Shown here piece after piece: positions 50,386 to 64,000 of a stretch of 64,000 bases of DNA. Source of the stretch: Lama glama (lineage: Eukaryota); contig CM052817.1 of assembly GCA_028534125.1 (NCBI GenBank), positions 66,838,001 through 66,902,000 on the forward strand. Reading direction: 5' to 3'. Position 1 is the first letter of the stretch. The number at the start of each line of letters is the position of its first letter. The notes under the pieces were generated by a model. That model had not been told where the DNA came from, did not search any database, and worked only from the letters and a program-made list of their open reading frames with translations. Made by a program: the position numbers and the translations under genes.

Positions 50386-52235
50386 TATAGCATGTGTTAC
50401 TGATTTCATATGCTAAGAGAAATCCATGATGCGCAAACATGGTTGCAATCTTGCCTGCACCTGTAACTGCAGCATGAGAAATATTGATGGGTAACCATCG
50501 AAGAATCTTTTCAAGTGATTGCCAAGCATTCAAGGGCTGCAGGTATTCCTCTTAAAGTGCTATCTTTTCTTACTTTTTTTTCAAGGAATAAACATTTCTA
50601 CTTCTCAAGTACTAGTAGGAAACCAAAAAGGAACACACAGAGACTTTTTTAGACTTTTCAAAATAATTTCTATCCATTAGTCACCCATAAAGAGCAGGGA
50701 GAAGATTTAATCAAAGCAAGTGAAATTTGTGATCACTGCAAAGCTGAAGTGTAGGAGGCACTCTTGATTACAGCTTGTATCTCTGTTGGGGTAGATGTTA
50801 GAGGGAACAAACAGCTATTAGTTTTCTTTACATTTCACTGTTTCAATATCTGTCATAAATTTAAGGTTTTTTAAAACTTTGTTTTGATTTTAGTTATTTT
50901 CCTTTAAGATAATGGGGTTTTAAAATAGTTGGCTAAATTTTGATCATATCCTGAAGAATTAAAATTCTATATAATTTCAGAAGTATAAAAAGCAGATACA
51001 TTCTAATGGTGTTCATTGATTCATCAACCAAAATACAAACTTTTATCAAAATATTTGAGTGAAAAACACTTGATAAACAATCATGAACTTCTGTATAAAA
51101 GTGCTTACAATATTAATTTTTATTTATTGGGGAGTTATTGTCTTATACATGACAGAAACTTAAAAAGATAATTTTATAGTTCTTGACTTTCATTTCCCTA
51201 GAAAATCTACCATTGAAATGTGGGTTTTATACCTGGATGATAATATAGATTTTTAAAAGAAAGCAGAATACACAAGATACATATTTTTAAAATATGGAAA
51301 TATTTTTAAAGGAATATATGGTTTTATAATTAATAATAATATGACAGAATATGCATGGAAATAACTAGAAATGTGTCATGGAGGTGTAGAAATGAGGGAA
51401 GGACACAAAGGTAAATCACATTGCAGTATACACAAGTTTGTGCATCTACATAATGTATTACTGTTTGAAGTCTAAGTCATATGGATAATACCAAGTATTT
51501 TTTATTGCAACAAAGTAAGCAAAGTACATAAAGAAATTGGTTATGAGGAGAGTCAGACAGAAAAATTCTAGTTTATTCACAAAGCTAGCATTTCAGCAGA
51601 TTCTCAATTACCCTGAACATTTACCACTGCTGATACTGAACAATAAGTGCTCTCTTAGAAAAATATATACATATTATGTGACTTCATTTGTTTAAGCTGG
51701 TTAGCTAAAGGAAGACAACAATTAAGAAAAAGTTCAAATTAATATTACAAAATGTTATATAACTACTAAAACACAGAAAAGGAAATGTAGTATCAAATTC
51801 TTGATTCATCTGTAATGGATATTCTTCAAGAGTAAGAGGTTTATAGGCTAAATCTGAAAAAGTTGAAAATAACTCTTTTTTTCCCTTCTATGGTTGAGCT
51901 TTGTTTTAACTTCAGTTAAATATCATCATAGGAAATTTTCCATTTACATTTCTTGTTAACTAAATGTAGAGAAAAAACAAGCAACTTTATGCCACTTGGA
52001 TACTGATTTTATCCTTAATGTAAATTATTTTAACTGTAAATCTTGATAAAATCTACAGCTGTCATAAATACAAATTCTTGATTAATTAAAAGAAATAGAA
52101 TAAGAGTCAAATATAAATGTCTTGAAATTAGTTCTGCATTCATTTTAAACTGCATTTGATTTTAATCAAAATTTTTTAAAGAAAAAATAATATTTATCTG
52201 CAATATAAACAAAGTCCTGTTGCTGATTTGAGATG

Positions 52236-52318
52236 TGTATTATATATAATATCATATATAATATTATATACATATATATAATATATATACACACATTTAT
52301 AATATAATACATATATAC
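52236..52318. repeat. Degenerate (TA)n microsatellite
   Basis: tgtattatatataatatcatatataatattatatacatatatataatatatatacacac... Confidence 0.85.
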
Positions 52319-55300
52319 AGTCACAAATTTTCTTAAGATCATAAAGCAAATCTGTCTTGGCATACCCTCATTTACACAAATCTGATGCATCTTTCTGGGT
52401 GTTTCTTTTTAAAAGTAAAAAAAAGACAAAGAACCACATACACCATGGAAGCTTTTTGCCAGTTTCTCAACTGAGGCAAGATTTTAATCTGCTACCATAA
52501 AGAATAGCAGTAAGATAAGGGATTAATGAAATTTAAGGTGCTGATCAAATCTATCATTCTAAAATAGATTTTTTAAAGCTACAAATGTATTTTAAATCAG
52601 CTTGTGAGTTGAGCACTAGATACTTAAAATTTGGCTTTTCATATGCCAACATATATTAAATAAAGAGATAAGTTTTCAAATTTTGTTGAGTAATTGGTAT
52701 GACTTTAATAGATAGCTTTAATAATAATTTTCATTTATAGTATTTTAGCCAAGATTTTAATAGGTAGCCAAAATCTATGACTATATCCACCAATAAGTAG
52801 AACAAAAGAGACAAAGATCACTTTGTTTTTCTAGACACTAAATTATTCTCACACTGGAATGTAAACATTAATACAATAAGCTCAGCAAATAGGATAATGT
52901 TAGAAAAGCATTCCTTCCTAAAAGTTTATAAAAATGTTATAATTTTAATTTTCAATTTTAATTTTATAACAATGTACTGAATAGTATATATTTCCTAAAG
53001 GTGAGCTTTGGCAAGAATATTAACCAATTACCACCAAAAACAATAGAACCAACCTTAGCCAAGGCTTTGGGGATTGTGTGATATTAATATTTTATATTTT
53101 GCTACTATCTGAAGATACTGTTATTTAAAGTGCAGGAATCTGTAAGTTAAAGAGATATTATTATTTCAATATACACACTTAACAGACAAATTTAAAGTCA
53201 ATGGGTACATATCATACAGGATCTTAAAACTCAGAAAACTATAAATTAAGGATACATTTGGTTGAGTTGTGAGGCATACTTTGTCCTTTAAAATTGTAAA
53301 ATACATTATGTAAGAAAGAGTGTATTAATGTGCTTGCTAACTCTATTGGAAAACCTAGTTCTATATTATGTGAATCAAATGTTAGACAATCCTACAGATT
53401 GTCTCCTAGAGTTTAAGAAGCTGCATGCAGCCATAGAATTTTAATACTGATTTTCAGGTTCAATACTCCAATTTTAATGGTGAGGAAATAGTTCTAGAAG
53501 TATTAACTTTTTTCTCAAGGCTAATATTTTGTCTTTTTACCTGTTACTGGATAGAACCACTGGTATTATTTTCAAACTATGTACATACTTAAGCAGCACA
53601 AATGTCAAGGGCAAGTGGGGGTTATTAATCCTAAATTATCTGAAAGTTTCATATTAGTTTAATTTTTAGACATTGCTAGGTTCTATATAACTTAGACATA
53701 TAATTTATTTCTACTGGCTGTTCTTCAGAGAATTTAATCTACGAGGCTTGAAACTGAGCACAGTTCCTAAAGATTGTGGGAGAAAGAAAAATGGAATCAA
53801 TGTTTCTCAGTAGTTGCAAAGATCTTCTCAGCGATTTGACTAAAATTTCTTAAGCTTTTCTTTATTCTTGTTCATGTGTATATGAGAGCTCAATCAACAA
53901 CCACTATTCTTTTATTAGTATTAGGCTGTCTCAGAGTTGTTTACGGAGTTGTTTTTTCCCAACAGTCGTGATGAATTTGCACTCCTATAACCGATACTCT
54001 CTTATCTCTCAAGTACGATCTGTGAAATCAATGATGTATTCTCTAGGAGACAGCATATAATTAAATGGCCCATCCAGGGTACGATTCATATCTTTGATGT
54101 AGGTAGTCATACTAAAATATGAAAATAGCATGATTACTAGAATTAACTGTATTCCAAATCATAGAAGACAATATTTTAATTCAAATTTAAAAAGAAATTT
54201 GAGAAGAGCTATTTATATTTTGAAATTAAAATTTTTTTTGGACAGAATGGGTGTTAATTCTGAGATATTGATGGTTGTACCACTAAGTGACTGTGAAAGA
54301 AATCCAAGGACAAGGTGATTTATTGTGAAAGTCCATACACGTGTCATTTTATGCCCAGAACACAATCTGAGAAAAAGAAATATGGACTTAATGTCTTAAT
54401 TTTTGAAATTTTCTAGAAGAGTCACACTCTCAGTTTGAATTGATATTTGTACTTTGAAATTATACAGTAATGAAGTAAAAAGGAATATTTATGCCTTACT
54501 CTCATCTGTTATGTGGGGGCAAATGTAAAAGCAGTTCCTTTTGCTTTTGTTTCTTCTGAGACTCAACTCAAAGGAGCACTCATTAAATTTTCACTTTTTC
54601 CTAGAAAAATGTTACATGTATATGAAGGAAAAGTATCTATAATCTATAATTTCTGAACTTAATTTGTCTAGAATTGAACAGAGGAAAATGTTTTTTAAAA
54701 AGATGCTTAAACCAGCAGGAAAGAAATAAAAGACAAGAGACTAAGTGGGAAAGATTAAGACAAATTCTTCTGAAATATAATACATCACATCAGTTATTTA
54801 ATATGATTATGCCTAGAACATAGCTGGTAGAAAATGTTTCTCTAAAAAAGGATGCAACATGAGCAAGATGTTAGAAAGTGAGGGTTGAAATTATATGGAG
54901 AAACTTTTTATACAAGATGACCATGTTATTGAAGTTCTGGTAGTTCTTTTTTTAATGTTGTAATGTCATAGTTTGGTTGTTTGTGTACTTCATTGTTAAG
55001 TTTTTTTTTCATACAGAAATATAATGAAATTATGTATATTATAGGCTGAAATGACTAAACTGATGTGAAAAAATTGTTTTCAAATACTAGACATCATGAT
55101 AAAATATTAACCAAACATGTTTTGTTTGTCAGTAAGAGGAAAAACATACTAGTGTTAAGATAGAATCCATTTTCTATATTAGATTGATCTAGTCTTAAAA
55201 CCTTATTTATCATTGTTAAGTGAGTGTCTGTAGGTAAGTGGTTTTTAAATTGTTGAGTGTGTTTTTTTAAGCAATGTCTAGACCATGCAGAAGAGATGAA

Positions 55301-56120
55301 ATGGTTACTCCATCTGAATTTACGGTGGCTCAACATTGTTTTATCCTGTGCATATAACTACTCATATCATTGAAAGACTATAGCAGCAAATAAATGGAAA
55401 GATTAAAAATGCCGAGTGTTTTCTAAGGGAAGTGTCCATGTAGCTGATTGTAAGTCTACATAAATAAATGAATCACAAGTGGAATAAATAGTAACTGGCA
55501 TAATCAGTATGATTTGCTTATCCTTGGAAAAACCTCCCTGATTTGTACTAGATACTCACCAACTGGAGAAAGGAAGATAGAATAGACGACTCTAAGATTC
55601 TTTTTTAACTGCACACATTTATAAAAAAAAAATCTCACTCATTGAGTCACATAGTGGTAGTCAGAAAAAAACTTAATGAAAAAATAATCCTAGTAAAACA
55701 TCACTATAATAATTTTGATAGGTTTTCTTGTTTAATGTGTCGTTCCTGGGATAAATGAAACTTCTGAAAGATTATATAGTACATCAAAGGCATTCTGTTC
55801 AATAAAGGAAAAAGATGACTAGAGCTACAGGAAGCAATCAACTGGGACTCCCAAAGGGAAATTTCAGAAGTTTATGGTGGAGTAATTAAGAATACTCTAC
55901 AAAAGGTAATAAAAAGTCTTTCTGTAAGGAAGAGACTGTTCTATCACAAACTGATATTATACATGGACAGTGGCTTATAGAAGACAAAAGGAAAGTAAAG
56001 TAAAATTTTGATAAAGAGAAATAAAACAACGAAAAAAGAGAAGTAGGAGTAAAGCATCAAAACTTACTATATTAAATTGCCATAATTAGGTGTTTTCCTT
56101 CTCTGATGTGCCACAATTTA

Positions 56121-56384
<264 letters not shown>

Positions 56385-57699
56385 TTAATTGAAAATGCCA
56401 AAGATTATCTCCACATTTTCTCTAAGTCCTCATTTCACAAATCCATCAAAATACCATGCTGTTGTCACCTACAATTGTCCAAATGCTGTCAGTTGATCTT
56501 CATCAGTCTTTACCTCATGTATGAAAACTATAGCTGAACTGCAGTGTTTGTTTAAACTACACTCGTTCTCCCTTGCCTAGAGGCTCAGGATGGATGCCTT
56601 TCCTCTGTTTGGTAATTGTTGATCTAACCTTATTAAATGTATAATCAGAGGAAAAGAGATGGGACAGAATAAACTGATCAACTGACATTTTCTCCTATGT
56701 AAAACTATTATATATATCCTGTAATTATCAGTCATATTTGAAATAAATTGGTTTTCATCCAAATGAGAAAAAGTAGCTAGATACTCTGAGTCACATTGGA
56801 CCCACAAGCTATTTGACTATGATTTAAAAATCAGATAAAGACATTTACATGGATTTTTCCAAAGTCATGGCACATTTGATTGCATCATTAATTTGACATA
56901 TCACATACAGATGTGTTAGTCACACCAAAATCAAGAGACTATAAATTATCAAACTAAATTCTGGGATTTCATAGCTTTCAATCAAAATTATAAGGATATA
57001 ATTAGGGAGGAATAGGAGGACAACCAATAACATGATAGTGAATTAGAATTTGTGTAAACTTTTGTGTGACTTCCAGTTTTAGGAAGGCTTTAAAGTGATT
57101 AAAGAGTCTGGTATGCTGGTATTCTCAATACCTGTGCTTTTTGTGTAAAGGGACTCAAATCTCCTTGCCTTTCTGTGCCTGTTTGCTTATTAAGTATAAT
57201 GTCAATGGGGAATTGATTCAGTCAACAAATAATATTATTATGATGATTAATTTTATTTTGTTATCATACAACTAAGATTTATTAATAATACCTAAGGGAA
57301 GGAATGCAGTCTTCAGTTTAATAACTGCTGCCTGCTTTTCCTTCAGTAAATACTTTCTAGTGTTTTTCTTTAAAAATCTGGACTCTAAGTAGAGCAGAGT
57401 TTGATTAAATGGCTACTTTAAAAATGACCATTATATTTGCATCATTTGCTATTTTTAAAGGCAAAACAGATCACTAGGTAAGAATTTTATTGAAATAAAA
57501 GTTAAACGGTCAGAATAAGAAACAAAATGCAAACAATCACACAGTTATGTTTTATTTTTCCCTTTGCTTTTCTTAAGGTGGGTCCAAAATATGAAATACT
57601 AAATTCTGTCGTATAGCATCCCTATTTCCTTACCAGTCCAGTGCTTAAGTTTTTTAATGCTAAAACAAAGGAACACAACCAAGAACCTACCAGGACTCC

Positions 57700-58020
57700 C
57701 TTTCCCTTCAGCCAGGCTTCTTAAAAGAGCAGTCCACACCTTTCAGTTCTTCCCTTCTCACTCATTTCTCAATCTATAACAACCTCACTTTCCTTTGCGA
57801 TTTCATCTCCAGTAATCTCATTGCCTCCTCCAGAAATGCCCCAGAGCTTCCCCATATAGAGGAATCATCACATTTTTTCAATCAGAAACCTTTGTAACTT
57901 ATACAAATTAATTGGCCATATCATATTGTAGTATAATATTTTTATGTGTCTCTTTTCCCAAGGAATGTGTGAGCTCTTGGAGGAAATGTCTGTGTCTTAT
58001 CTGCTTAATTGTTGCTCCCA
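57700..58020 (+). mobile_element. L2 3' fragment in TACR3 intron 2
   Basis: CCTCCTCCAGAAATGCC, TGTCTCTTTTCCCAAGGAATGTGTGAGCTCTTGGAGGAAATG.CTGTGTCTTAT. Confidence 0.55.
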
Positions 58021-58081
58021 GCCTATAATTCCTGAAGTGATCAATACATTTAATTGAAAATTGTAATAGAGCATTAACTTA

Positions 58082-58640
<559 letters not shown>

Positions 58641-59689
58641 AATTGGAAAGGTGCATATTAAGGGCTTAAAAATATGAATTATGTACCCCAGGACCTCCAT
58701 TTTTCTTCTGTATGTTTAACTTTTTTTAAAAGAAAATTCTAGAGAGCTAATATAGATAATAGCTATATGATTGACAAAGATAAGGAACCCCTAGGAAGGA
58801 TATTGTCAATATATCCATTTAAAAGCACCCAGAGACAAGTTGAGGATTTACATAAGGACAAATAAATCAAGTTTAATTGAGGCTGTGCTTTCCTGTTACC
58901 TTCAAAATTGAATTCATACTGCATCGTGTAAATATTCATAGTGTCTATGTAACTATATATATCATAATTGTTACAGGAAAATATATTTGAGGCTCTGAAA
59001 AAACACACATATATTTTTTTAGAGTGCAACTTTTTGGGACATTGGAAACTCTTTGAATATGATAACAAAAAGCAAAATTTATTCATGTGGTAAAACAGTA
59101 ACAATACGTCTGGGAGAATCAAATTCTTGCCTTAAATTTGATAATATGGCTAATGGCCAAATTATGGCTAATATTCAGAGTAGACAATAACATGCACCAA
59201 ATTAATTATATTTTGGCATTTTTATCAATAAAGCACATTATTTAAATTGCATTATTTTTAATATTGGCCATTTTGTTTCTCAAATGTATTTTTATTTATG
59301 CAAATTTTTGAAGCTAACACTTTCATCAAAGAATGAGTATTACTTGAACCGAAACATTTACTTTTAAGAATAAATATTTCAAAATAAGGATAATTTATTA
59401 ACTTACTTATTGCTCTTTCCTTTCGTATCTATTGTGCAGAATTAGATCCTCAGCAGATATAATGGAACTTACCTATATACTAGTCATAATATTAACTTTA
59501 GTTATAATTTGCTTAAAGGAAATAATCTTAATTTATTTGGTATTATAGCTAATAGGCAAAATTTGATGTTCGAGATGAAAAAAGTAACCATAAAACAGAC
59601 CTTGGCTTAGGAAAATAAAACGCACACATTTGAAACTGAAAATTGTTTAAAATTCACCCCTTATGCATTTGTTGGTAAAGATAATAATA

Positions 59690-59905
59690 GCAAAACACAT
59701 CGACCGCTAAGCATGACCAGGCAATTTGTTACACATATTTTATATACAGATATATAATATCCAAAATAATCTGATAAATAAAATAATATTATTATCTCTA
59801 CAGAAGAGAAAACTGAGACTTAAAGAAATTAAATTAATTGTTTAAAATGCCCCAGATGGTAAGAACTGGAATTCTAAACCAGTTCTGCCAATCCTCCAAG
59901 TCCAT
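59690..59905 (-). mobile_element. MIR SINE
   Basis: TACAGAAGAGAAAACTGAGACTTAAAGAAATTAAATTAATTG...CCCAGATGGTAAG. Confidence 0.65.
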
Positions 59906-60564
59906 ATAGGTACAGATTATGGCTTTGAATATAACCATTCATATAAAGAATTACGGAAGAGAAAGATTCTTTTCCAAAGAATCAGAAATCTCATTTTGCC
60001 TCTGGATCCAAAAGTATTTATGTGCATATTAAAGACAAAAGTCAAACGTAATAAAGACAGTAATTGTAATTGGTCATTCCCATTCCCATTGCTGCTGCTG
60101 ACTATAACTCACTGTAGCATTTCTCTTGTTATATTGAATTGTTGCTTTATGGTGTTCCCAGAGTCGGACACAGCATTTATCAGTAAATTTTATTGTGCCG
60201 AACTGAATATTCTTCAGTTCTATCATAATCTTTTGCTAGTTTGCTTGCTCTAGATATTTTTGAATGCAATTTGAGTGGGTAGGCAGTTGAATTTTTAAGA
60301 CTAAAATGAGAAGTTGAGTGACATGAGCAGATTTACAGCCTTGTACACCTACTGTAGCATGGATAATTCAAAATAAACTGCAAACTTCCTATTTTTTTTG
60401 TCAATTAGTTTAATGTAAGCAAAATTATTTCCTGACAGGTAGAATATTATTTTATTTGAATTGTATAGACACAATCAATTTATGTTCTCATTAACTAACA
60501 CTTTAGTGAAAGTAGAAAATTTGAAACTTTAAGTTGACAATTTTGTCATTTCTGGTCTGATCTA

Positions 60565-61700
60565 TTATTCATTCATTCAACCAAACATTTATTGGATACC
60601 TACTATAGTATTCCAGACACTGTAGTAATACAACAGTGAGAAAAAATGGCCTTCACAGAGTTAATAGCCTAATGAAGTAGATAGATAGTAATCAAATAAT
60701 CTCACCAATAAATGTAAAATTACAAATGTAATAGATGTCACAAAGGCAATGTTTATGGCCGTCTAAGTGCATTTACTGGAAAAAAATATATTTAGATTGT
60801 GAATTAGTCTTTCCTAAGAAAAGCATTCTGGGTTGAAACTTGAAAAGGTGACTAGACAAGGCAGTGGAAGGGTGAGGGTTGCCAAGAAGATTTCTGGGAG
60901 AACAAACAACATGTGAAAAACTCCTGTGTTAATGTTGGGTTTTTATATGTTGAATTATGTCCCCTCTAAAAAGATACGTTTAAATCCTAACACCCAGTAT
61001 CACAGAATGTGACCTTATTTGGAAATAGAGTTTTATATAGGTAATCAAGTTAAAATGAGGTCATTAGGGTGGGCCCTAATCCAATATAAGATACAAAGGA
61101 GAAATCTGGAAACAGAGAAACACAGAGAGAACGCCGTTTGAAGATGAAGGATCCATCAACAAGCCAAGGAATGCCAAAGACTGCCAGCAATCCACCAGCA
61201 GCCAGGAAGAGGCACGGAAGAATTTCCTTACAGGTTTCAGAGGGAGCATGGCCCTTGCCAACACTGTGATTTCAGACTTCTAGCTTCCGGAAATGTGAGA
61301 AAATAAGTTTCTGTTGTTTTGCCACTCAGGTTGTGCTACTTTGCTACAGTCACCCTAAGAAACCGATTTGATGGGTAAGAGTAGAAGAATTGTGCACCTG
61401 AAGAATTAAGGGCTAATGTAACTGAAGCACTGAAAGTGAAGGAGGAAAGTGGTTTGAGAGGAAGTGGTAGGGCAGGTCACAGAATTTTGTCATATGGAAA
61501 GTAATTAAGGTGATTCAGTCAGAGGAGGAGAGTAATCAGATTTTAGTTTGGAGAATGGCTTGAAGGAGAGAAAGAATTAAAATAAGGAAATAAGTTACCT
61601 TGTTATTATTTTGGTTTGGGTGAGAGATGATTGCTGCTTGGAATAGAGTGTTACCCATGGAGACTGACTTATGTTAATGATTGAGGAAAATAAAGAAATC
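60565..61700 (-). mobile_element. L2 3' region interrupted by an MLT1 LTR
   Basis: ATTCATTCATTCAACCAAACATTTATTGGATACCTACTAT tail; continues after the LTR with TTTGGGTGAGAGATGATTGCTGCTTGGA. Confidence 0.7.
60940..61370 (+). mobile_element. MLT1C-like MaLR solo LTR
   Basis: TTGAATTATGTCCCC...AGAATGTGACCTTATTTGGAAATAG...AAAATGAGGTCATTAGGGTGGGCCCTAATCCAAT...CAAGCCAAGGAATGCCAAAG...GAGGGAGCATGGCCC...TTTCAGACTTCTAGC. Confidence 0.88.
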
Positions 61701-62416
61701 TCGAACTATTGTAGAAGTGGAGAGCCAGCTGGCCAAAGAAGTAGATAGAATTGCCAGGCACTGCTGAAGACCAACTTGAAATTGGTAATTAGGAATTCAC
61801 TGTGTCATTTCCTATTCTGCGACTCTCTCCAGGAATAATAATTTGCTCAACAGTATGCATGAAGAAAATGGATCCTTATGGTCATCCAAATAAACATCCT
61901 CTGGACCTTGAGAAGAAATGATACAATACAAGATAGAATCTCACGCAAATGATTGTCAGTATTTCATTCTTCCTTTAAAGAAATACACATCTTTGACATG
62001 ATCATATTATTTTCCTAGGTGTTTGAGCTTCTTACCACCAGTTTTTCCCCACAATGTACAGATTATCAAACACATTAGAGTCATTTTAGTATGATTATTT
62101 CATAAGGAATAGCTGAGACTGGATTCTTCACTCTTCCAATTAGCATATCACCTAAACAAGTTTTAAAGTCTATTTTTATTATCTTTTATAGAGGCTGAAA
62201 TTCCCAAAAGTATCCACTGAAAACTCGTATTTTTAATGCCATCTATTATTAGTTTTCCTTTCCACTCTAGTACTAGACCACTTTCCTTTACCACTGACTT
62301 TTTTTTTTCCTGATATAATTGAAGGGGTCTTTTCTATTTACTTTGATGTCTTTTGCAAAATAGAATTTTTTGACATAATTTTTCTTTACTTACTCTCAAT
62401 AAGTAAGCTTTTCCTT

Positions 62417-63063
62417 TGAAACAGAGCAGGACCCTGCAGAGCCTTCCCACGGACAGACCTTTTACTTCTCCTCAGACCTTTTACTTCTCCTCATGTCTCC
62501 CACTCTTATTTATAAAAAAGCTTTTGCCTCCTAGGCCTTCCCTGAGTTCCAAAGAGCAGATTTAATCAGAGAAGAGAGATAATGTAGAAACAAAGGAAAA
62601 CAGTCAAGCAAGACAAAATAATAATAGTGTAGTCATAAGAGAAAGTCAAGGATCTTTAGTTCCTTCTCAAAGGCTACAGATAATATCCTGAGCCATATCC
62701 TTGGGTTTTTTTTCAGAAACTAAAACCCCCACCAGATGGAAGAAGCTAACTGCACGCTGACCAGTAGCACACAGACCCCAGACTGTTTGGAACCAGAAGA
62801 CCAACATTGTTAACTTTAGAAATGCCACCTTGTTACGTCACCACCAACCAATCAGAGAATTGTGCATGAGATAATCGCACAACCTGTGACCTTCACCCTT
62901 ACACTGTCTTAAAAAACACTCCCCTGAAAGCCATTGGGGAATTTGGGTCTTTTGAGTATGAGTCGCCTGTTCTCCTTGCTGACCCTGCATTAAATGCTGT
63001 GCTTTCCTTCACCACAACCTGGTGTCAGTAGATTGGTGTTGCTGTGCATCAGGTTTGGTAACA
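62417..63063 (+). mobile_element. Solo LTR (probably ERV1 class) in TACR3 intron 1, antisense to the gene
   Basis: TGAAAC...GGTAACA termini, flanks tcctt/tcatt, CCAAT box AACCAATCAG (about 62847), TATA-like CTTAAAAA (about 62908), ATTAAA (about 62989). Confidence 0.8.
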
Positions 63064-64000
63064 TCATTTTGCAGTTGTTCTCTGTATCCTGTTTAATTCT
63101 TCCTTTTGTTAGCATTTTATTAAGCTCTATTTCTGGATCCTTATGTGCTTCTATACATTTAAAAATTTTGGTAAAAAGACAGTGCAGCCTTCAGCTATTT
63201 ACTTAATTATATTAACTGTGCAAAGAATATTTGCCTGAAGTGACATGGATTTTACTGTTCTCCAGTTTGCTTCTGTCCGCAGTGTACACTGCTTTGGTGT
63301 AAATCCCACCTATAAAATGCTTTCTGGCTATTATCTGTGCAAAATAAATATTAGTTGCAGTAGCTCATGAGCCAAAAATCTTCAACTCAATGCTAGATCA
63401 TTTTCTGCTTTGACAGATCACTAGAGAGAAATACAATCTTTTTTGAAATTGCATTTTCTCAAATTTTATTTTGTACTTTTTCATAAATGCTTTAAACATA
63501 CTTAAGGTTGAGCCAATTAATTGTTTGTAAATATTACCTAAATTTCTAAGTGAATAAGCATTTATTAAAATAAACACATACATATACATATATATATTCA
63601 TAAGTATGTACACATATAATAGGAACTTCAAAATATTACCCCTCAAGAAACAAATCACTTGTTCATTTACTCTGATTTCTTTATTTATATAAGTAAAATT
63701 TATACACTAGCATTTGAGGGAAATTATATTAAAAAATAAAGCATCAGAATAGTAAAACTATTTGATTTTCATTGCATATTCTTTCAGTTTAAATTTAGCA
63801 ATTAGATTTATCTATTCATTTATTTTCTGAATATCAGCTATTTATTTCCAACTACTTCTTGAATGCTAACTTTTTCCAGGATTGTATTACATTCTTTGAT
63901 CATATTGATGAACAAAGTAGATATGATTCCTACTCTTGTGGAGTTTAGAGTGTAACACAGAAGAAATACATAATTCAAATAGTTACAAAATACATAAGAA

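Noticed and set aside
50270..50533. 87-aa ORF with INIQKSVVFLYTN motif
   Set aside because: Chance fusion of flanking sequence with a dead L1 ORF2 fragment; non-ATG start.
62440..63290. REST/NRSE-like half sites (CACGGACAG at about 62448; CTGTCCGCAGTG at about 63274)
   Set aside because: Only the GGACAG half matches; the TCAGCACC half is absent, so chance is likely.

Overview
This window is mammalian genomic DNA, AT-rich and rich in ancient repeats. It carries the 3' part of TACR3 (neurokinin-3/neurokinin B receptor, a class A GPCR) on the minus strand: coding exons 2 (58083-58271), 3 (56154-56304), 4 (19562-19758) and 5 (17599-17911). All have GT-AG boundaries and splice in frame to a 282-residue TM3-end-to-C-terminus segment. 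Exon 1 lies beyond the right edge. A repeat-poor 3'UTR of about 3.65 kb probably extends to about 13940, with proximal and distal poly(A) signals. A Vic-1-like tRNA-derived SINE, a cetartiodactyl-type L1 3' end and the absence of recognisable ruminant or pig SINEs point to a camelid (inference). The rest is L1, L2, MIR and ERVL/MaLR/ERV1 LTR remnants; family names are from recall of consensus sequences and repeat boundaries are approximate. I found no evidence of a new multi-gene system. The most unusual structures are (i) a 1.2-kb L1 with its 5'UTR joined straight to its 3' end at an apparent splice acceptor, plus a probable short 3' transduction, and (ii) an MLT2 LTR split into oppositely oriented pieces that share one target-site duplication, indicating a local inversion of about 280 bp.
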